From Alphaproteobacteria bacterium (lineage in GTDB: Bacteria; Pseudomonadota; Alphaproteobacteria; GCA-2731375), in the NCBI GenBank assembly GCA_965232515.1, contig CBDDPY010000002.1:6368001-6432000 (forward strand): a stretch of 64,000 nt of DNA, given 5' to 3'. The notes beneath the pieces were generated by a model. The model was not told the DNA's origin. It was given only the letters and a program-made list of their open reading frames with translations, and made no database searches. Positions 1 through 11,429 of the stretch are shown here, one piece after another; within the stretch, counting starts at the first letter, position 1; each line of letters starts with the position of its first letter. Position numbers and translations under genes: made by a program.

Positions 1-993
1 GTGGCCGAACGCATCGGCTATACGTCGTTTCATTTCGCGCAACGCCAGTTGATCTACATGGCGCCGGCGTTGGCGGCGATGTTCGCGATCTCGCTGATGA
101 CGCCGCGCGGCATTCGCCGGCTTTCGGCGATCGGCCTGGTCGTGGCGCTTATCCTGACGCTTGCGACGCTGTTCCTGGGGCCGGAAACCAAGGGCGCGAC
201 ACGCTGGCTTTCGCTCGGCCCGCTGTCCGTGCAGCCGTCGGAGTTCGTCAAGCCGTTCTTCGTCATCTTCGCGGCTTGGATGTTCGCCGAGCAGAAGCGT
301 AACGAGGGCCTGCCCGGCAACCTGATCGTTATCGCCGTCTTCGCCGTCATCATCCTGCTGCTGCTGGCGCAACCCGACGTCGGCATGGCCATCGTCGTGT
401 CCGGTGTCTGGTGCGCGCAGTTCTTCATGGCCGGCCTACCGGTGTTCTGGGTCGGCGGGCTGGCCGGCCTGGCCATTGTCGGCGTGGTCTGCGGTTATTT
501 CTTCATTCCACACGTCACCAGCCGCATTGACCGGTTCCTCGATCCGGCGAGTGGCGACAGCTTCCAGATCGACACCGCGCTCGCCGCCTTCGGCAATGGC
601 GGTTTGCTCGGCCTGGGTCCGGGCGAAGGCGTGGTCAAGCGGGTGCTGCCTGACGCGCACTCGGACTTCATCTTCGCCGTCGCCGGCGAGGAGTATGGCC
701 TGTTCGCCTGCCTTTCCATCGTCGCGCTGTTCGCGTTCGTCGTGTTGCGTGGCCTCGCCCGGCTGTTGGAGGAAGAGAATCTGTTCCATCTTCTGGCGGC
801 CGGCGGTCTGTTGATCCTGTTTGGCCTGCAGGCGGTCATCAACTTAGGCGTCAACCTTCATCTGCTGCCGACCAAGGGCATGACCCTGCCGTTCATTTCC
901 TATGGCGGGTCGTCGTTGATGGCGCTGGCCATCGCCATGGGCATGTTGCTGGCGCTGACCCGCAAGCGGCCGCGCGTCGGAGGTTTGTCATGA
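1..993 (+). CDS. ftsW: Cell division SEDS glycosyltransferase FtsW (5' end probably outside window)
   Basis: GATRW, QPSEFVKP, QPDVG, LPDAHSDFIF and PTKGMTLPFISYGGSS motifs; directly upstream of murG. Confidence 0.95.
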   Translation: MAERIGYTSFHFAQRQLIYMAPALAAMFAISLMTPRGIRRLSAIGLVVALILTLATLFLGPETKGATRWLSLGPLSVQPSEFVKPFFVIFAAWMFAEQKRNEGLPGNLIVIAVFAVIILLLLAQPDVGMAIVVSGVWCAQFFMAGLPVFWVGGLAGLAIVGVVCGYFFIPHVTSRIDRFLDPASGDSFQIDTALAAFGNGGLLGLGPGEGVVKRVLPDAHSDFIFAVAGEEYGLFACLSIVALFAFVVLRGLARLLEEENLFHLLAAGGLLILFGLQAVINLGVNLHLLPTKGMTLPFISYGGSSLMALAIAMGMLLALTRKRPRVGGLS

Positions 994-2105
994 GCGCTGG
1001 CATCGTGCTTGCGGCCGGCGGCACCGGCGGCCATCTGTTTCCGGCCCAGGCGCTGGCCCAGGCATTACGCGGCCGCGGTCACCGGCTGACGCTGGTGACG
1101 GACGCGCGCGGTGGCGGTTATGGCGAGATGTTCGACGGCATCGATATTGAGATCGTCGCCGCCGCGACACTCACCGGCCGCAGCTTGCTGGGCCGGGTCT
1201 CAGCGCTGTTCGATATCGCCCGCGGCGTCACCCAGGCCCGACGACTGCTGAAGCGGCTGCGCGCTGCCGTCGTCGTCGGTTTCGGCGGTTATCCGGCTCT
1301 GCCGACCATGCTGGCGGCAATCAGCCTGCGTCTACCGACCCTGATCCATGAACAGAATGCCGTTCTCGGCCGGGTCAATCGGCTGTTGGCGCCATTCGTC
1401 ACCGCCATCGCGGCGTCATTCGCGCGGACATCGGGCATTCCGCCGCGTCATCACGGCAAGGTCACAGTGACGGGCAATCCGGTGCGTGCCGAGGTGAAGC
1501 GAATTGGCGAACAGGACTATGCGCCGCCGGAAGCCGACGGTGCGATCCGCCTACTCGTTTTTGGCGGCAGCCAGGGCGCCAGCGTGCTGAGCGACGTGGT
1601 GCCGGCTGCGATCCTCGGCCTCGACGACGACCTCGCCGAGCGGATCAGCCTGACCCAGCAGTGCCGGCCAGACGATTGTGAGCGCGTCGCCACGCTCTAT
1701 CGTTCGGCGGGCATCGCGGCCGAGGTTGGCGCATTCTTTGACGATCTGCCGGACCGGCTGGCGAACGCGCATCTGGTCATTGCCAGGGCCGGCGCCGGCA
1801 CGGTGAGCGAGCTGGCCGTCGCCGGTCGGCCGGCCATCCTGGTGCCCTATCAGCACGCGACCGACGACCATCAGACCGCGAATGCCGAAAACCTGGTGGC
1901 GGTCGATGGTGCGATCCTCCTCGCCCAGCAGGCATTGGAACCGCTTGACCTGACGCGGCGGCTGCAGGATCTGGCGCGGCACCCGGAACGTCTGGCGGCG
2001 CTGGCGCGAAACGCCCGTCTGGCCGGCCATGCCGACGCCGGGGAGCAGCTGGCCGATCTGGTCGAGGTGACTGCCGCCGGTGGAACCGAGGGAGCGCCCG
2101 CATGA
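990..2105 (+). CDS. murG: UDP-GlcNAc:lipid I transferase MurG
   Basis: [32 protein letters not shown] motifs; ATGA overlap with ftsW. Confidence 0.97.
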   Translation: MSAGIVLAAGGTGGHLFPAQALAQALRGRGHRLTLVTDARGGGYGEMFDGIDIEIVAAATLTGRSLLGRVSALFDIARGVTQARRLLKRLRAAVVVGFGGYPALPTMLAAISLRLPTLIHEQNAVLGRVNRLLAPFVTAIAASFARTSGIPPRHHGKVTVTGNPVRAEVKRIGEQDYAPPEADGAIRLLVFGGSQGASVLSDVVPAAILGLDDDLAERISLTQQCRPDDCERVATLYRSAGIAAEVGAFFDDLPDRLANAHLVIARAGAGTVSELAVAGRPAILVPYQHATDDHQTANAENLVAVDGAILLAQQALEPLDLTRRLQDLARHPERLAALARNARLAGHADAGEQLADLVEVTAAGGTEGAPA

Positions 2106-3538
2106 GAGCGTTGCCCCTCGACATCGGCACGATCCATTTCGTCGGCATCGGCGGCATCGGCATGAGCGGCATCGCCGAGGTCATGCACAATCTCGGCTAC
2201 AAGGTGCAGGGCTCCGACCAGTCAGAGAGCGCCAACGTCCAGCGTCTGCGTGGTCTCGGTGTTCACGTCGATGTCGGACACGACGCCAAGAATGTCGCCA
2301 GTGTCGAGGTCGTGGTGATTTCGTCGGCCGTCCAGCCCGACAACGCCGAGGTCGTGGCGGCCCGCGAGCGCCTGGTGCCGGTCGTCCGGCGGGCCGAGAT
2401 GCTGGCCGAATTGATGCGCCTGAAATGGGCCATCGCGGTGGGCGGCACGCACGGCAAGACCACGACCACATCGATGGTCGCCTCGCTACTCGACGAAGCC
2501 GGGTTCGACCCCACCGTCATCAATGGCGGCATCATCAACGCTTACGGCACCAACGCGCGTCTCGGCGCCGGGGACTGGATGGTCGTCGAGGCCGACGAGA
2601 GCGACGGCAGCTTCGTCAAGCTGCCGGCGACCATCGCCGTTGTCACCAACATCGATCCCGAGCACCTCGACTTCTACGGCGATTTCGACGGTGTGCGCGC
2701 CGCGTTCCGCAGCTTTGTCGAGAATCTGCCCTTCTACGGCGTCGGCGTGCTCTGCCTCGATCACCCGGAAGTGCAGGCGATGCTGGGCCGGATCACCGAC
2801 CGGCGTCTGCTGACCTATGGCTTCAGTCCGCAAGCCGATGTGCGCGCCATCGACCTGACCGCGTCGCCGGCCGGCATGAAGTTCGACGTTACGCTGTCCG
2901 AACGCGTGCCGAACGGCGCGCGCACCATTGACGGCATTGAGATGCCGATGCTGGGACAGCACAACGTGCAGAACAGCCTGGCCGCGTTGGCGGTGGGGCT
3001 GGAGATGGGCATCTCCGATCAAAAGCTGGTGAAAGCATTGGCCGGCTTCCGCGGCGTGCGCCGGCGTTTCACCAAGACCGGCGAGGCCAACGGCGTCACG
3101 GTGATCGACGACTACGGCCACCATCCGGTCGAGATCACGGCCGTGCTAAAGGCGGCGCGCGTGGTCTGCGACGGCCGGCTGATCGCCGTCGTTCAGCCGC
3201 ACCGGTACTCCCGGCTGCAGGGATTGTTCGAAGAATTCTGCGCCTGCTTCAACGACGCCGACAGCGTCGTCGTCGCCGATGTGCATGCGGCCGGCGAAGA
3301 GCCGATCGAGGGCGTCGACCGCCAGGCCCTCGTCGATGGCTTGAAGAGCCATGGACATCGCCATGTCCTGTCGCTTGACGGACCCGACCACCTTGCCGAT
3401 CTGGTCGCCGGCATCGCCAAGCCAGGCGACATGGTGGTCTGCCTTGGCGCCGGCACGATCACGCAATGGGCAAATGCGTTGCCCGGGCAGCTGGAGCAGG
3501 CGTTCGGACAGAGCGGCGCGACGGAGGCGGACCGATGA
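2102..3538 (+). CDS. murC: UDP-MurNAc-L-alanine ligase
   Basis: [39 protein letters not shown] motifs. Confidence 0.97.
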   Translation: MRALPLDIGTIHFVGIGGIGMSGIAEVMHNLGYKVQGSDQSESANVQRLRGLGVHVDVGHDAKNVASVEVVVISSAVQPDNAEVVAARERLVPVVRRAEMLAELMRLKWAIAVGGTHGKTTTTSMVASLLDEAGFDPTVINGGIINAYGTNARLGAGDWMVVEADESDGSFVKLPATIAVVTNIDPEHLDFYGDFDGVRAAFRSFVENLPFYGVGVLCLDHPEVQAMLGRITDRRLLTYGFSPQADVRAIDLTASPAGMKFDVTLSERVPNGARTIDGIEMPMLGQHNVQNSLAALAVGLEMGISDQKLVKALAGFRGVRRRFTKTGEANGVTVIDDYGHHPVEITAVLKAARVVCDGRLIAVVQPHRYSRLQGLFEEFCACFNDADSVVVADVHAAGEEPIEGVDRQALVDGLKSHGHRHVLSLDGPDHLADLVAGIAKPGDMVVCLGAGTITQWANALPGQLEQAFGQSGATEADR

Positions 3539-4479
3539 TGGCCCCGCAGACGCGCGATACCGGACTTCTGGGGCGCCTGCCCGCCGTTCGCGGACGCTAT
3601 CGCGAGAACGTCTCGCTGGCCGGCGTCACCTGGTTCCGCGTCGGTGGCGAAGCCGAAGTGGTGTTCCGGCCGGCCGACGCCGACGATCTCGCCGAGTTCA
3701 TGGCGAACCGGCCGGCGGACGTTCCGGTCACGGTGTTGGGCGTCGGTTCCAATCTGCTGGTGCGCGACGGCGGCATCGACGGCGTCGTGATCCGGCTCGG
3801 CCGTGGGTTTGTCGAGGTGACGTCTGACGACGGTCGTGTGACCGCGGGCGCGGGCGCCCTTGACGTCAACGTTGCGCTCGCCGCCCGCGAGATGAGCCTC
3901 TCCGGCCTTGAATTTCTGCGCGGCATCCCCGGCACCATCGGCGGTGCGCTGCGCATGAATGCCGGCGCCTATGGCAGCGAAATCAAGGACGTGCTGATCG
4001 AAGCGCAAGCCGTCGATGCGGCCGGCGTGAAGCATAGGGCCGATGTCGCCGCGCTCGGCATGTCCTACCGCCACAGCAGCGCGCCGGCCGACTGGATCTT
4101 TACCGTCGCCGTCCTGCGGGCGCAGCCCGGCGACGGCGCAGCGATCGGACGGCGCATGGACGAGATCAACGCCGCGCGCGAGGCGAGCCAGCCAATCCGG
4201 TCCCGGACCGGCGGCAGCACCTTCAAGAACCCGCCGGGGCGCAAAGCCTGGCAGCTGATCGACGAGGCCGGCTGTCGTGGGCTGCGTCGCGGCGGCGCCA
4301 TGGTCTCCGAGCAGCACTGCAATTTCCTGATCAACACCGGCGACGCCACCGCGGCGGATCTCGAGGCGTTGGGCGAGGAAGTTCGCCGTCGGGTCGCCGA
4401 CGCCACCGGCATCAGCCTGGAGTGGGAGATCAAACGCGTCGGTCGGCATGCCGGCAATGCCATCGGGGAGGCCGGCTGA
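3535..4479 (+). CDS. murB: UDP-N-acetylenolpyruvoylglucosamine reductase
   Basis: [42 protein letters not shown]; start set at the ATG overlapping the murC stop. Confidence 0.96.
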   Translation: MMAPQTRDTGLLGRLPAVRGRYRENVSLAGVTWFRVGGEAEVVFRPADADDLAEFMANRPADVPVTVLGVGSNLLVRDGGIDGVVIRLGRGFVEVTSDDGRVTAGAGALDVNVALAAREMSLSGLEFLRGIPGTIGGALRMNAGAYGSEIKDVLIEAQAVDAAGVKHRADVAALGMSYRHSSAPADWIFTVAVLRAQPGDGAAIGRRMDEINAAREASQPIRSRTGGSTFKNPPGRKAWQLIDEAGCRGLRRGGAMVSEQHCNFLINTGDATAADLEALGEEVRRRVADATGISLEWEIKRVGRHAGNAIGEAG

Positions 4480-5390
4480 TGGCGAAGCATGTGGCCGTGC
4501 TGATGGGCGGATGGTCGTCGGAACGCGAGGTTTCGCTGGTAACCGGCAAGGCCTGCGCCAAGGCGCTGCGTGACGTCGGCTATCGCGCCACCGAGGTCGA
4601 TGTCGGCCGTGACGTCGCGCAGGTGTTGACGAAACTCAAACCCGACGTGGCGTTCAACGCGCTGCATGGGCCCTGGGGCGAGGACGGCTGCATTCAGGGC
4701 CTGCTCGAGATTCTCGACATTCCCTATACCCATTCCGGCGTGCTGGCCTCGGCCGCGGCTATGCACAAGGCCACGGCCAAGGACATCTTCGCGCGCGCCG
4801 GCATCCGCTGTCCCGAGGGCCGGGTGATGCCGACCGCGGCGATCAACGCGGCCGATCCGTACGAGCGGCCCTACATCGTCAAGCCGATCAGCGAAGGCTC
4901 TACCTGCGGCGTGCGTATCGTCAAGGCAGGCGACAACGAACCGCCGGTCGGCGCGGACTGGACCTACGGCGACGACGCCCTGACGGAGGTCTTCATTCCC
5001 GGCCGCGAGCTGTCCTGCGCCGTGATGGACGGCCAGGCGTTGGGCGTGGTCGAAATCCGGCCGCGCAGCGGCTTCTACGACTACGAGGCCAAGTACACCG
5101 AGGGCAAGACGGACCATGTCATGCCGGCGCCGATCGACGCCTGCAGTTATGACGAGGCCATGCAGATGTCGGCGCTGGCGCATGAAGTGCTTGGCTGTCG
5201 CGGCGTCAGCCGGGCCGACCTGCGCTATGACGACACCGCGGGCGAGCCCGGTACGCTTTACCTGTTGGAGGTCAATACGCAGCCGGGCATGACGCCGCTC
5301 AGCCTGGTGCCCGAGATCGCCGCCGATCAGGGCATGGATTTCGGCGCGCTGGTCGGATGGATGGTGGAGGACGCCACATGCGGCCGCTAG
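4479..5390 (+). CDS. ddl: D-alanine-D-alanine ligase
   Basis: GGWSSEREVS, LHGPWGEDG, YDYEAKY, LEVNTQPGMT motifs; TGATG coupling to murB. Confidence 0.96.
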   Translation: MAKHVAVLMGGWSSEREVSLVTGKACAKALRDVGYRATEVDVGRDVAQVLTKLKPDVAFNALHGPWGEDGCIQGLLEILDIPYTHSGVLASAAAMHKATAKDIFARAGIRCPEGRVMPTAAINAADPYERPYIVKPISEGSTCGVRIVKAGDNEPPVGADWTYGDDALTEVFIPGRELSCAVMDGQALGVVEIRPRSGFYDYEAKYTEGKTDHVMPAPIDACSYDEAMQMSALAHEVLGCRGVSRADLRYDDTAGEPGTLYLLEVNTQPGMTPLSLVPEIAADQGMDFGALVGWMVEDATCGR

Positions 5391-6229
5391 GCAAGGGCCG
5401 TGACCAGAAGCGTCGCACGACCGGCCGGCGGCGGCCGGCGTCGCGTTGGCGCCGGGCGACCTATTTCGCCGGCGGTGCCGGCCTCGCGGTTGCGGCCTTG
5501 ATCGCGACGGGCAACTGGATGTGGCAGGCCGGCCACGTCGGCCGCGTCCAGGCATCGATCGACGCCTGGCTGGGCGATCTCGTCGCCGGGGCGGGCCTGA
5601 CGGTCCGGGAAGTCTATGTCACCGGCCGCGTGAACACGACGACTCGCGAGCTGCTGCAGGCGCTGGCCGTGGATCGGGGCGATCCGATCCTGGCCTTCGA
5701 TCCGGACGAGGCGCGCAAACGTCTGTTGCGCCTCGACTGGATCAAGTCGGTCGAAGTGTCCCGCCGACTGCCCGATCTGATCGACGTCCGGCTGCAGGAG
5801 CGCGAGCCGTTGGCGCTGTGGCAGCGCGGCAAGCGTTTCGTGCTGGTCGACCGCGAAGGCGAGCCCATCACCGGGAATGACGTCGGGCGTTTTCGCGACC
5901 TGCCGATCGTGGTTGGCAAGGACGCGCCGCAGCATGCCGCCGACATCATCGAGCTGCTGGCGGCGGACGGCGCGCTATTCCAGCAGGTCCACGCGCTGGT
6001 GCGGGTAGGAGGGCGTCGCTGGGACGTCCAGCTCGATACCGGGATCGAGGTCCACCTGCCCGAGACCGATGCGGGCGAGGCTTGGTCGCAACTGTCTGCG
6101 TTGCAGGCCGAAGAGGGCATCTTTGATCGCGATATCGCCATTATCGATCTGCGCCGGCCGGGTCACCTGGTCGTCCGCCTGACGCCCGAGGCCGCCGCCA
6201 GACGGCGCGACCCCGGCGAGAACACGTGA
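5378..6229 (+). CDS. ftsQ: Cell division protein FtsQ
   Basis: Basic N-terminus, one TM segment, POTRA region, RRWD and IDLR motifs; lies between ddl and ftsA. Confidence 0.92.
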   Translation: MRPLGKGRDQKRRTTGRRRPASRWRRATYFAGGAGLAVAALIATGNWMWQAGHVGRVQASIDAWLGDLVAGAGLTVREVYVTGRVNTTTRELLQALAVDRGDPILAFDPDEARKRLLRLDWIKSVEVSRRLPDLIDVRLQEREPLALWQRGKRFVLVDREGEPITGNDVGRFRDLPIVVGKDAPQHAADIIELLAADGALFQQVHALVRVGGRRWDVQLDTGIEVHLPETDAGEAWSQLSALQAEEGIFDRDIAIIDLRRPGHLVVRLTPEAAARRRDPGENT

Positions 6230-6270
6230 AGGGGGCCCATGCATTCTGGTTCGTATTGGGAGTCTGGACG

Positions 6271-7512
6271 GTGCCTGTAGGGCGTAACGCATTGATCGCG
6301 GCACTCGATGTCGGGTCGACTAAGGTCTGCTGCTTCGTCGCCCGGCCCGAGCCCGGCGGCGCGCGCGTCGTCGGCATCGGCCACCAGGTCTCGCGCGGCA
6401 TGCGGGCCGGCGCCGTGATCGACATGGAAACGGCCGAGACGGCCATTCGGGCGGCCGTCGACACGGCGGAACGGATGGCCGGCGAAACCGTGCATCGGGT
6501 CTACGTCAACCTGACCGGCGGCCGGCCGCACTCACAGCTGGTCGGCGTCGAGATGGCGATCGCCGGCCACCAGATCAGCGACGGCGACATCCGGCGGGTT
6601 TTGAACCAGGCCCAGGCCCGGACCGATCTCGGCGACCGTCAGGTCATCCACGCCGTGCCGACCGGCTACTCGATCGATGGCAGCCGCGGCATTCACGATC
6701 CGCGCGGCATGTATGGCTCGCGTCTCGGCGTCAACCTGCATGTCGTCGCCGCGGCCACCGGTCCGCTGCAGAATCTGAAGGTCGTGGTCGAGCGCTGCCA
6801 TCTCGAGGTGGCCGACTTCGTGGTCTCGCCCTATGCGTCGGCGCTCTCGACGCTGGTCGAGGACGAGAAGGATCTCGGCGTCACGCTGATCGACATGGGC
6901 GGCGGCACGACCAGCATCGCCGTGTTCTACGACGGCGCGCTGGTGCATGCCGATGTCGTGCCGGTCGGCGGCGCCCACGTCACCAACGACATCGCCCGCG
7001 GCCTGTCGACCCCGATGGCCGACGCCGAACGCATGAAGACGCTTTATGGCAGCGCCATCGTCGGTCCGGCCGACGAACGCGAGATGGTCTCGGTGCCGCA
7101 GATCGGCGAGGCCGGCGAGGACAGCGTTCAGCAAATTCCCCGATCGATGCTGATCGGCATCATTCAGCCCCGTATCGAAGAGACCCTGGAACTGGTGCGC
7201 GACCGCCTGAAGGAGAGCAACGCCGACCGTTTGGCCGGCCGTCGCCTCGTGTTGGCCGGTGGCGCCAGCCTGTTGACCGGCGTGCGCGAGCTCGCCGCCC
7301 GGGTCCTCGACAAACAGGTTCGTATCGGCCGGCCGTTGCGTGTTCACGGTCTCGCCGATGCAACGGGCGGGCCGGCCTTTGCCGGCTGCGCCGGTCTCCT
7401 GGCCTATGCCATGCGCAAGCCGGAGGAGGCAGAACAGGTGCCGCCGCCCGCGGTGCTTGAGGCGACCGGGCGCATGGCTCGCATCGGCGCTTGGATACGG
7501 GAGAACTTCTAA
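6271..7512 (+). CDS. ftsA: Cell division protein FtsA
   Basis: [30 protein letters not shown]-terminal amphipathic WIRENF; GTG start after GGGAG chosen (ORF track starts at 6226). Confidence 0.95.
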   Translation: MPVGRNALIAALDVGSTKVCCFVARPEPGGARVVGIGHQVSRGMRAGAVIDMETAETAIRAAVDTAERMAGETVHRVYVNLTGGRPHSQLVGVEMAIAGHQISDGDIRRVLNQAQARTDLGDRQVIHAVPTGYSIDGSRGIHDPRGMYGSRLGVNLHVVAAATGPLQNLKVVVERCHLEVADFVVSPYASALSTLVEDEKDLGVTLIDMGGGTTSIAVFYDGALVHADVVPVGGAHVTNDIARGLSTPMADAERMKTLYGSAIVGPADEREMVSVPQIGEAGEDSVQQIPRSMLIGIIQPRIEETLELVRDRLKESNADRLAGRRLVLAGGASLLTGVRELAARVLDKQVRIGRPLRVHGLADATGGPAFAGCAGLLAYAMRKPEEAEQVPPPAVLEATGRMARIGAWIRENF

Positions 7513-7591
7513 TGCTTCACCAGCACGAAGCAGTGGGACGGGCACGTTTCAGTCAGCAACAGCAATCTCAGGCTTAGCCCAGGAGGCGAAA

Positions 7592-9301
7592 ATGAGCATT
7601 ACCTTCACGCCACCGACCACCACCGAGCTGAAGCCGCGCATTGTCGTGATCGGCGTTGGCGGCGCCGGCGGCAACGCGGTCAACAACATGATCAGCTCGG
7701 GGCTCGAGGGCGTCGAGTTCCTTGTCACCAACACCGACGCCCAGGCGCTGGCGCAAAGCCAGGCCGAGCGCAAGATCCAGCTCGGCGTGACCATCACCGA
7801 GGGCCTGGGTTGCGGCGCCCGTCCCGATATCGGCCGCGCGGCGGCCGAAGAGGTGATCGAGCAGATCATCGATCACCTGTCGGGCACGCACATGGCGTTC
7901 ATCACCGCCGGCATGGGCGGCGGCACCGGCACCGGCGGTGCCCCGGTGATCGCCCAGGCCTGCCGCGATCAGGGCATCCTGACGGTCGGCGTCGTCACCA
8001 AGCCCTTCCATTTCGAGGGCACGACGCGCATGCGGATCGCCGAGGGCGGCATCGAGGAGCTGCAGAACTTCGTCGATACGCTGATCATCATTCCGAACCA
8101 GAACCTGTTCCGGGTCGCGAATGAGAAGACGACCTTCGCCGACGCCTTCGCCATGGCCGACGACGTCCTGCATTCGGGCGTGCGCGGCATCACCGACCTG
8201 ATGGTCATGCCGGGTCTGATCAATCTCGACTTCGCCGACGTGAAAACGGTGATGGGCGAGATGGGCAAGGCCATGATGGGCACCGGCGAGGCCGAGGGCG
8301 AGAAGCGGGCGCTGGACGCGGCCGAGGCGGCGATCTCGAACCCACTGCTGGACGAGGTCTCGATGAAGGGCGCCAACGGCGTGCTGATCAATATCACCGG
8401 CGGTCTGGACCTCACGCTCTACGAGGTCGACGAGGCCGCGAACCGCATCCGCGAGGAGGTCGATCCCGACGCCAACATCATCGTCGGCTCGGCGCTGGAC
8501 GAGAACCTCGCCGGCCTGATGCGGGTTTCGGTGGTGGCGACCGGCATCGATGCCGAGGCGGCGGCCGAGCCGCGACCGAAGGCGATGCCGCGTCTGTATG
8601 CGGTCGGCGGCAACACGGCGACGGAGCCGGCGGCCGAGGAAGCCTCGGAAGCACCTGCCGCGGCGATGCCGGAGGGGATTGTCGAGGACCCCGGTACCCC
8701 GGCCACGGTCGCGGTCGGCGCCACGAACGAAGCGCTCGATATCCGCACGGAGCCGTTGGCGGTCGCGGAGCCGGCCTTTGAACCGGAGCCGCAGCCGGAG
8801 CAGCCGCCGCTGCTCGAGAACACTGTGATGCCGGTCGGCAACACGGTGCCGCAGCCCAAGCCGCTGATGCCGGAGCGCGATCCGATGCTCGATGCGCAGG
8901 CCACGGCCGTGGAAGAGGTGAGCAACGAGCCGTTCATCGCGCCGCCGCCGGTCAAGCCACGTTCGGCCCGCGATCTGCTGCGGCGTCCGCACCCCATCGC
9001 GGAAGCCGATGCCGTGAATGCGGATGGTCAGCGCGAGAACAGGCGGCAGCGGGGTCTCGGTCTGTTCGCGCGTATGACCAGCGCCGCCCGGCCGACGCCC
9101 GAACCGGCCGCCGAAGCGCCGGCGCAGCCGGCTCAGCAGCCGCAGTTGCGGAGCGAGCCCGTCGAACCGGCGCCCGCGGTCGAGACGCAGCCGGCCCCGG
9201 AGACCGCCGCGTCACCGGAACCGGCGGATCAGCTTGCGCCGCCGCGGCAGGATGAGGACCTGCTCGAGATCCCGTCGTTCCTGCGGCGCCAGGCCAACTG
9301 A
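7592..9301 (+). CDS. ftsZ: Cell division protein FtsZ with long Pro/Ala/Glu-rich linker
   Basis: [27 protein letters not shown]-terminal [12 protein letters not shown]; AGGAGG SD before ATG 7592. Confidence 0.98.
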   Translation: MSITFTPPTTTELKPRIVVIGVGGAGGNAVNNMISSGLEGVEFLVTNTDAQALAQSQAERKIQLGVTITEGLGCGARPDIGRAAAEEVIEQIIDHLSGTHMAFITAGMGGGTGTGGAPVIAQACRDQGILTVGVVTKPFHFEGTTRMRIAEGGIEELQNFVDTLIIIPNQNLFRVANEKTTFADAFAMADDVLHSGVRGITDLMVMPGLINLDFADVKTVMGEMGKAMMGTGEAEGEKRALDAAEAAISNPLLDEVSMKGANGVLINITGGLDLTLYEVDEAANRIREEVDPDANIIVGSALDENLAGLMRVSVVATGIDAEAAAEPRPKAMPRLYAVGGNTATEPAAEEASEAPAAAMPEGIVEDPGTPATVAVGATNEALDIRTEPLAVAEPAFEPEPQPEQPPLLENTVMPVGNTVPQPKPLMPERDPMLDAQATAVEEVSNEPFIAPPPVKPRSARDLLRRPHPIAEADAVNADGQRENRRQRGLGLFARMTSAARPTPEPAAEAPAQPAQQPQLRSEPVEPAPAVETQPAPETAASPEPADQLAPPRQDEDLLEIPSFLRRQAN

Positions 9302-9414
9302 AGCCGGCTGGCGTTCTCTCGTCTCCGCATTTCCGCACCCGGCCGTCCCGAGGTTTCACGAACCGAGAGGCGGCCGGGTGGGGTGCGGCGAGTGCCTGTT
9401 TGTTTCGTGTTTGA

Positions 9415-9429
9415 TTAAGAGCTCATTAA
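9415..9429. promoter_or_regulatory. CtrA-box (TTAA-N7-TTAA) upstream of lpxC
   Basis: TTAA-GAGCTCA-TTAA in the AT-rich ftsZ-lpxC spacer. Confidence 0.55.
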
Positions 9430-9592
9430 ACAAAAATTGTATTTCGGCAAGAGACGAACAGGGGAAATAAAATGTAACAACTAGTGATTTGAGGCCGTTA
9501 GGCGATGTTGTTAATAACAATCGTCGGCTAATTGTACTTGCTAAGCTTTCGCGTTTTGGGAGGAACCGGGAGCCGAAGCTGGGGAAATCTGT

Positions 9593-10555
9593 ATGAATCG
9601 TTTCGAAGGTGTTGCTGCGGATGGCCGCGGTCATTTCCAGCATACACTTAAAAATCCGATCAACTGTACCGGGATCGGGTTGCACAGCGGGCAGAAGGTC
9701 AAGATGGCGTTGCATCCGGCCGAGCCCGGAACCGGCATCTGCTTCCGCCGTGTCGACCTTCCCGGCCCGGATCGCGACATTCCCGCACGCTGGGACGCTG
9801 TCAGCAACACCCTGATGTGTACGACGATCGCCAATGACGCCGGCGCGTCGGTGGCGACGATCGAGCATCTGATGGCGGCGCTTGCCGGCAGCGGCATCGA
9901 CAATGCGTTGATCGAGGTGAACGGGCCGGAAGTGCCGATCATGGACGGTTCGTCGGCCCCGTTTGTGTTCCTGATCGAATGCGCCGGACGACTGGAGCAG
10001 TCCTTGCCGCGTCAGGCGGTGCGCGTGTTGAAGCCGATCGAAGTCGGCGATGCCGACCGCAGCGCCACGCTGCTGCCGTCCGACGGTTTCTCGGTGCATT
10101 TCGAAATCGATTTCGACAGCACGGCCATCTCCCACAAGTCGGGGCGCTTCGATCTCTCCAACGGCGCCTTCAAGCGCGAGATCTGTCGCGCCCGAACCTT
10201 CGGCTTCGAGAGCGATGTACAGAAGTTGTGGGATCTGGGGCTGGCCCGCGGCGGCTCATTGGACAATGCCGTCGTGGTCGGCGATGACGATCGGATTCTG
10301 AATGACGGCGGCCTGCGCTACGACGACGAATTCGTCCGCCATAAGGTATTGGATTCGGTCGGCGATCTTTATCTGGCCGGCGGTCAGCTGCTGGCCCAGT
10401 TTCACGGCGTGCGCTCGGGCCACGCGCTCAATCACCGGCTGCTGCTGGCCCTGTTTGCCGATGATTCGGCCTGGGAAATGACGACGGATGTTCCGCGTTC
10501 GGTACCGCTCGCGCCGATCCAGCTGCCGCCAAGGGCTGTCGCGGCATCGGTATAG
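9593..10555 (+). CDS. lpxC: UDP-3-O-acyl-GlcNAc deacetylase
   Basis: [38 protein letters not shown] motifs. Confidence 0.97.
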   Translation: MNRFEGVAADGRGHFQHTLKNPINCTGIGLHSGQKVKMALHPAEPGTGICFRRVDLPGPDRDIPARWDAVSNTLMCTTIANDAGASVATIEHLMAALAGSGIDNALIEVNGPEVPIMDGSSAPFVFLIECAGRLEQSLPRQAVRVLKPIEVGDADRSATLLPSDGFSVHFEIDFDSTAISHKSGRFDLSNGAFKREICRARTFGFESDVQKLWDLGLARGGSLDNAVVVGDDDRILNDGGLRYDDEFVRHKVLDSVGDLYLAGGQLLAQFHGVRSGHALNHRLLLALFADDSAWEMTTDVPRSVPLAPIQLPPRAVAASV

Positions 10556-10591
10556 CGACTGTTGTCGTTGTCTTCACAAGGCATGTGAAAA

Positions 10592-10622
10592 TGAACAGGG
10601 GCGCCGACGGCGCCCCTGTTCA
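10592..10622. terminator. 14-bp hairpin between convergent lpxC and XRE gene, probably a terminator
   Basis: TGAACAGGGGCGCC-GAC-GGCGCCCCTGTTCA. Confidence 0.6.
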
Positions 10623-10653
10623 CATCGATCGCTGTGTGACGCGATAGTCGTTG

Positions 10654-11034
10654 CTACATGCCGGTGCCGTTGCGGGCACTGAGGCTCTTGACGAGCCCAC
10701 TGACCGCGGACCGGATAGCTGGATCGCCGATATCGGAGAAATTCCGTACGAGTTCGATCGTCGACCGGTTCCGACCACCATGTTCCAAAGGATTGACATC
10801 GCTCTCTTCGTCCAATCCTTCGAAGAAGTAGGAGACGTCCACGTCGAGCTTGCGGGCCACCTCATAGAGGCGACCGGCGCTCACCCTGTTCGCGCCCGTT
10901 TCATACTTCTGAACTTGCTGGTAGGAGATATCTAGTGCACTTGCCAAGTGCTCTTGGGTCAAACCAAGTACTGTACGGCGCTCCCGAATACGCTCCCCGA
11001 CATAGGCATCAACACGCTTTGCCAGCCTTCCCAT
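10654..11034 (-). CDS. XRE/HTH_3 transcriptional regulator (PraR/PhrR-like)
   Basis: VDAYVGERIRERR..LTQEHLA..ISYQQVQKYETGANRVSAGRL, typical alphaproteobacterial Cro/C1-type HTH. Confidence 0.88.
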   Translation of the reverse strand: MGRLAKRVDAYVGERIRERRTVLGLTQEHLASALDISYQQVQKYETGANRVSAGRLYEVARKLDVDVSYFFEGLDEESDVNPLEHGGRNRSTIELVRNFSDIGDPAIRSAVSGLVKSLSARNGTGM

Positions 11035-11429
11035 ATTGCCCTCAGTGTTCTGTTGTCACAACGGTCCCGCGGGACCGTCCTGAAGGCCGATCATCACCCC
11101 ACCTTCCGGCGGATATAATTTGCTATTTCCTCGCCGCACTTGTCAACAAATCCCGAGATTTAGGAACAACATTTGCGACCCAATCTCAACGTGATGTATC
11201 CATATCTCGACGCTACTGGCCGCCTGGCGCTAAGTTGAAAGCCGGGAGTGTTGGTCGCGCGATGCGCTTCGATACCCGCGACAGGCCGGGATTCGGCGTG
11301 GAATTCAAGCTGTCGAAATCGACCGATTGGGAATGCGTTGTTGGGCTAAACATTCGATCTTCGGCACAGTATGTTAGGCGATGACAGGCTGGCCGTTCGC
11401 GCCGCGACGCAGCCGTTGATGAGATCGTC

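Noticed and set aside
8560-9260. Very long low-complexity FtsZ linker
   Set aside because: Long linkers are normal for alphaproteobacterial FtsZ; no intein or discrete repeat seen.
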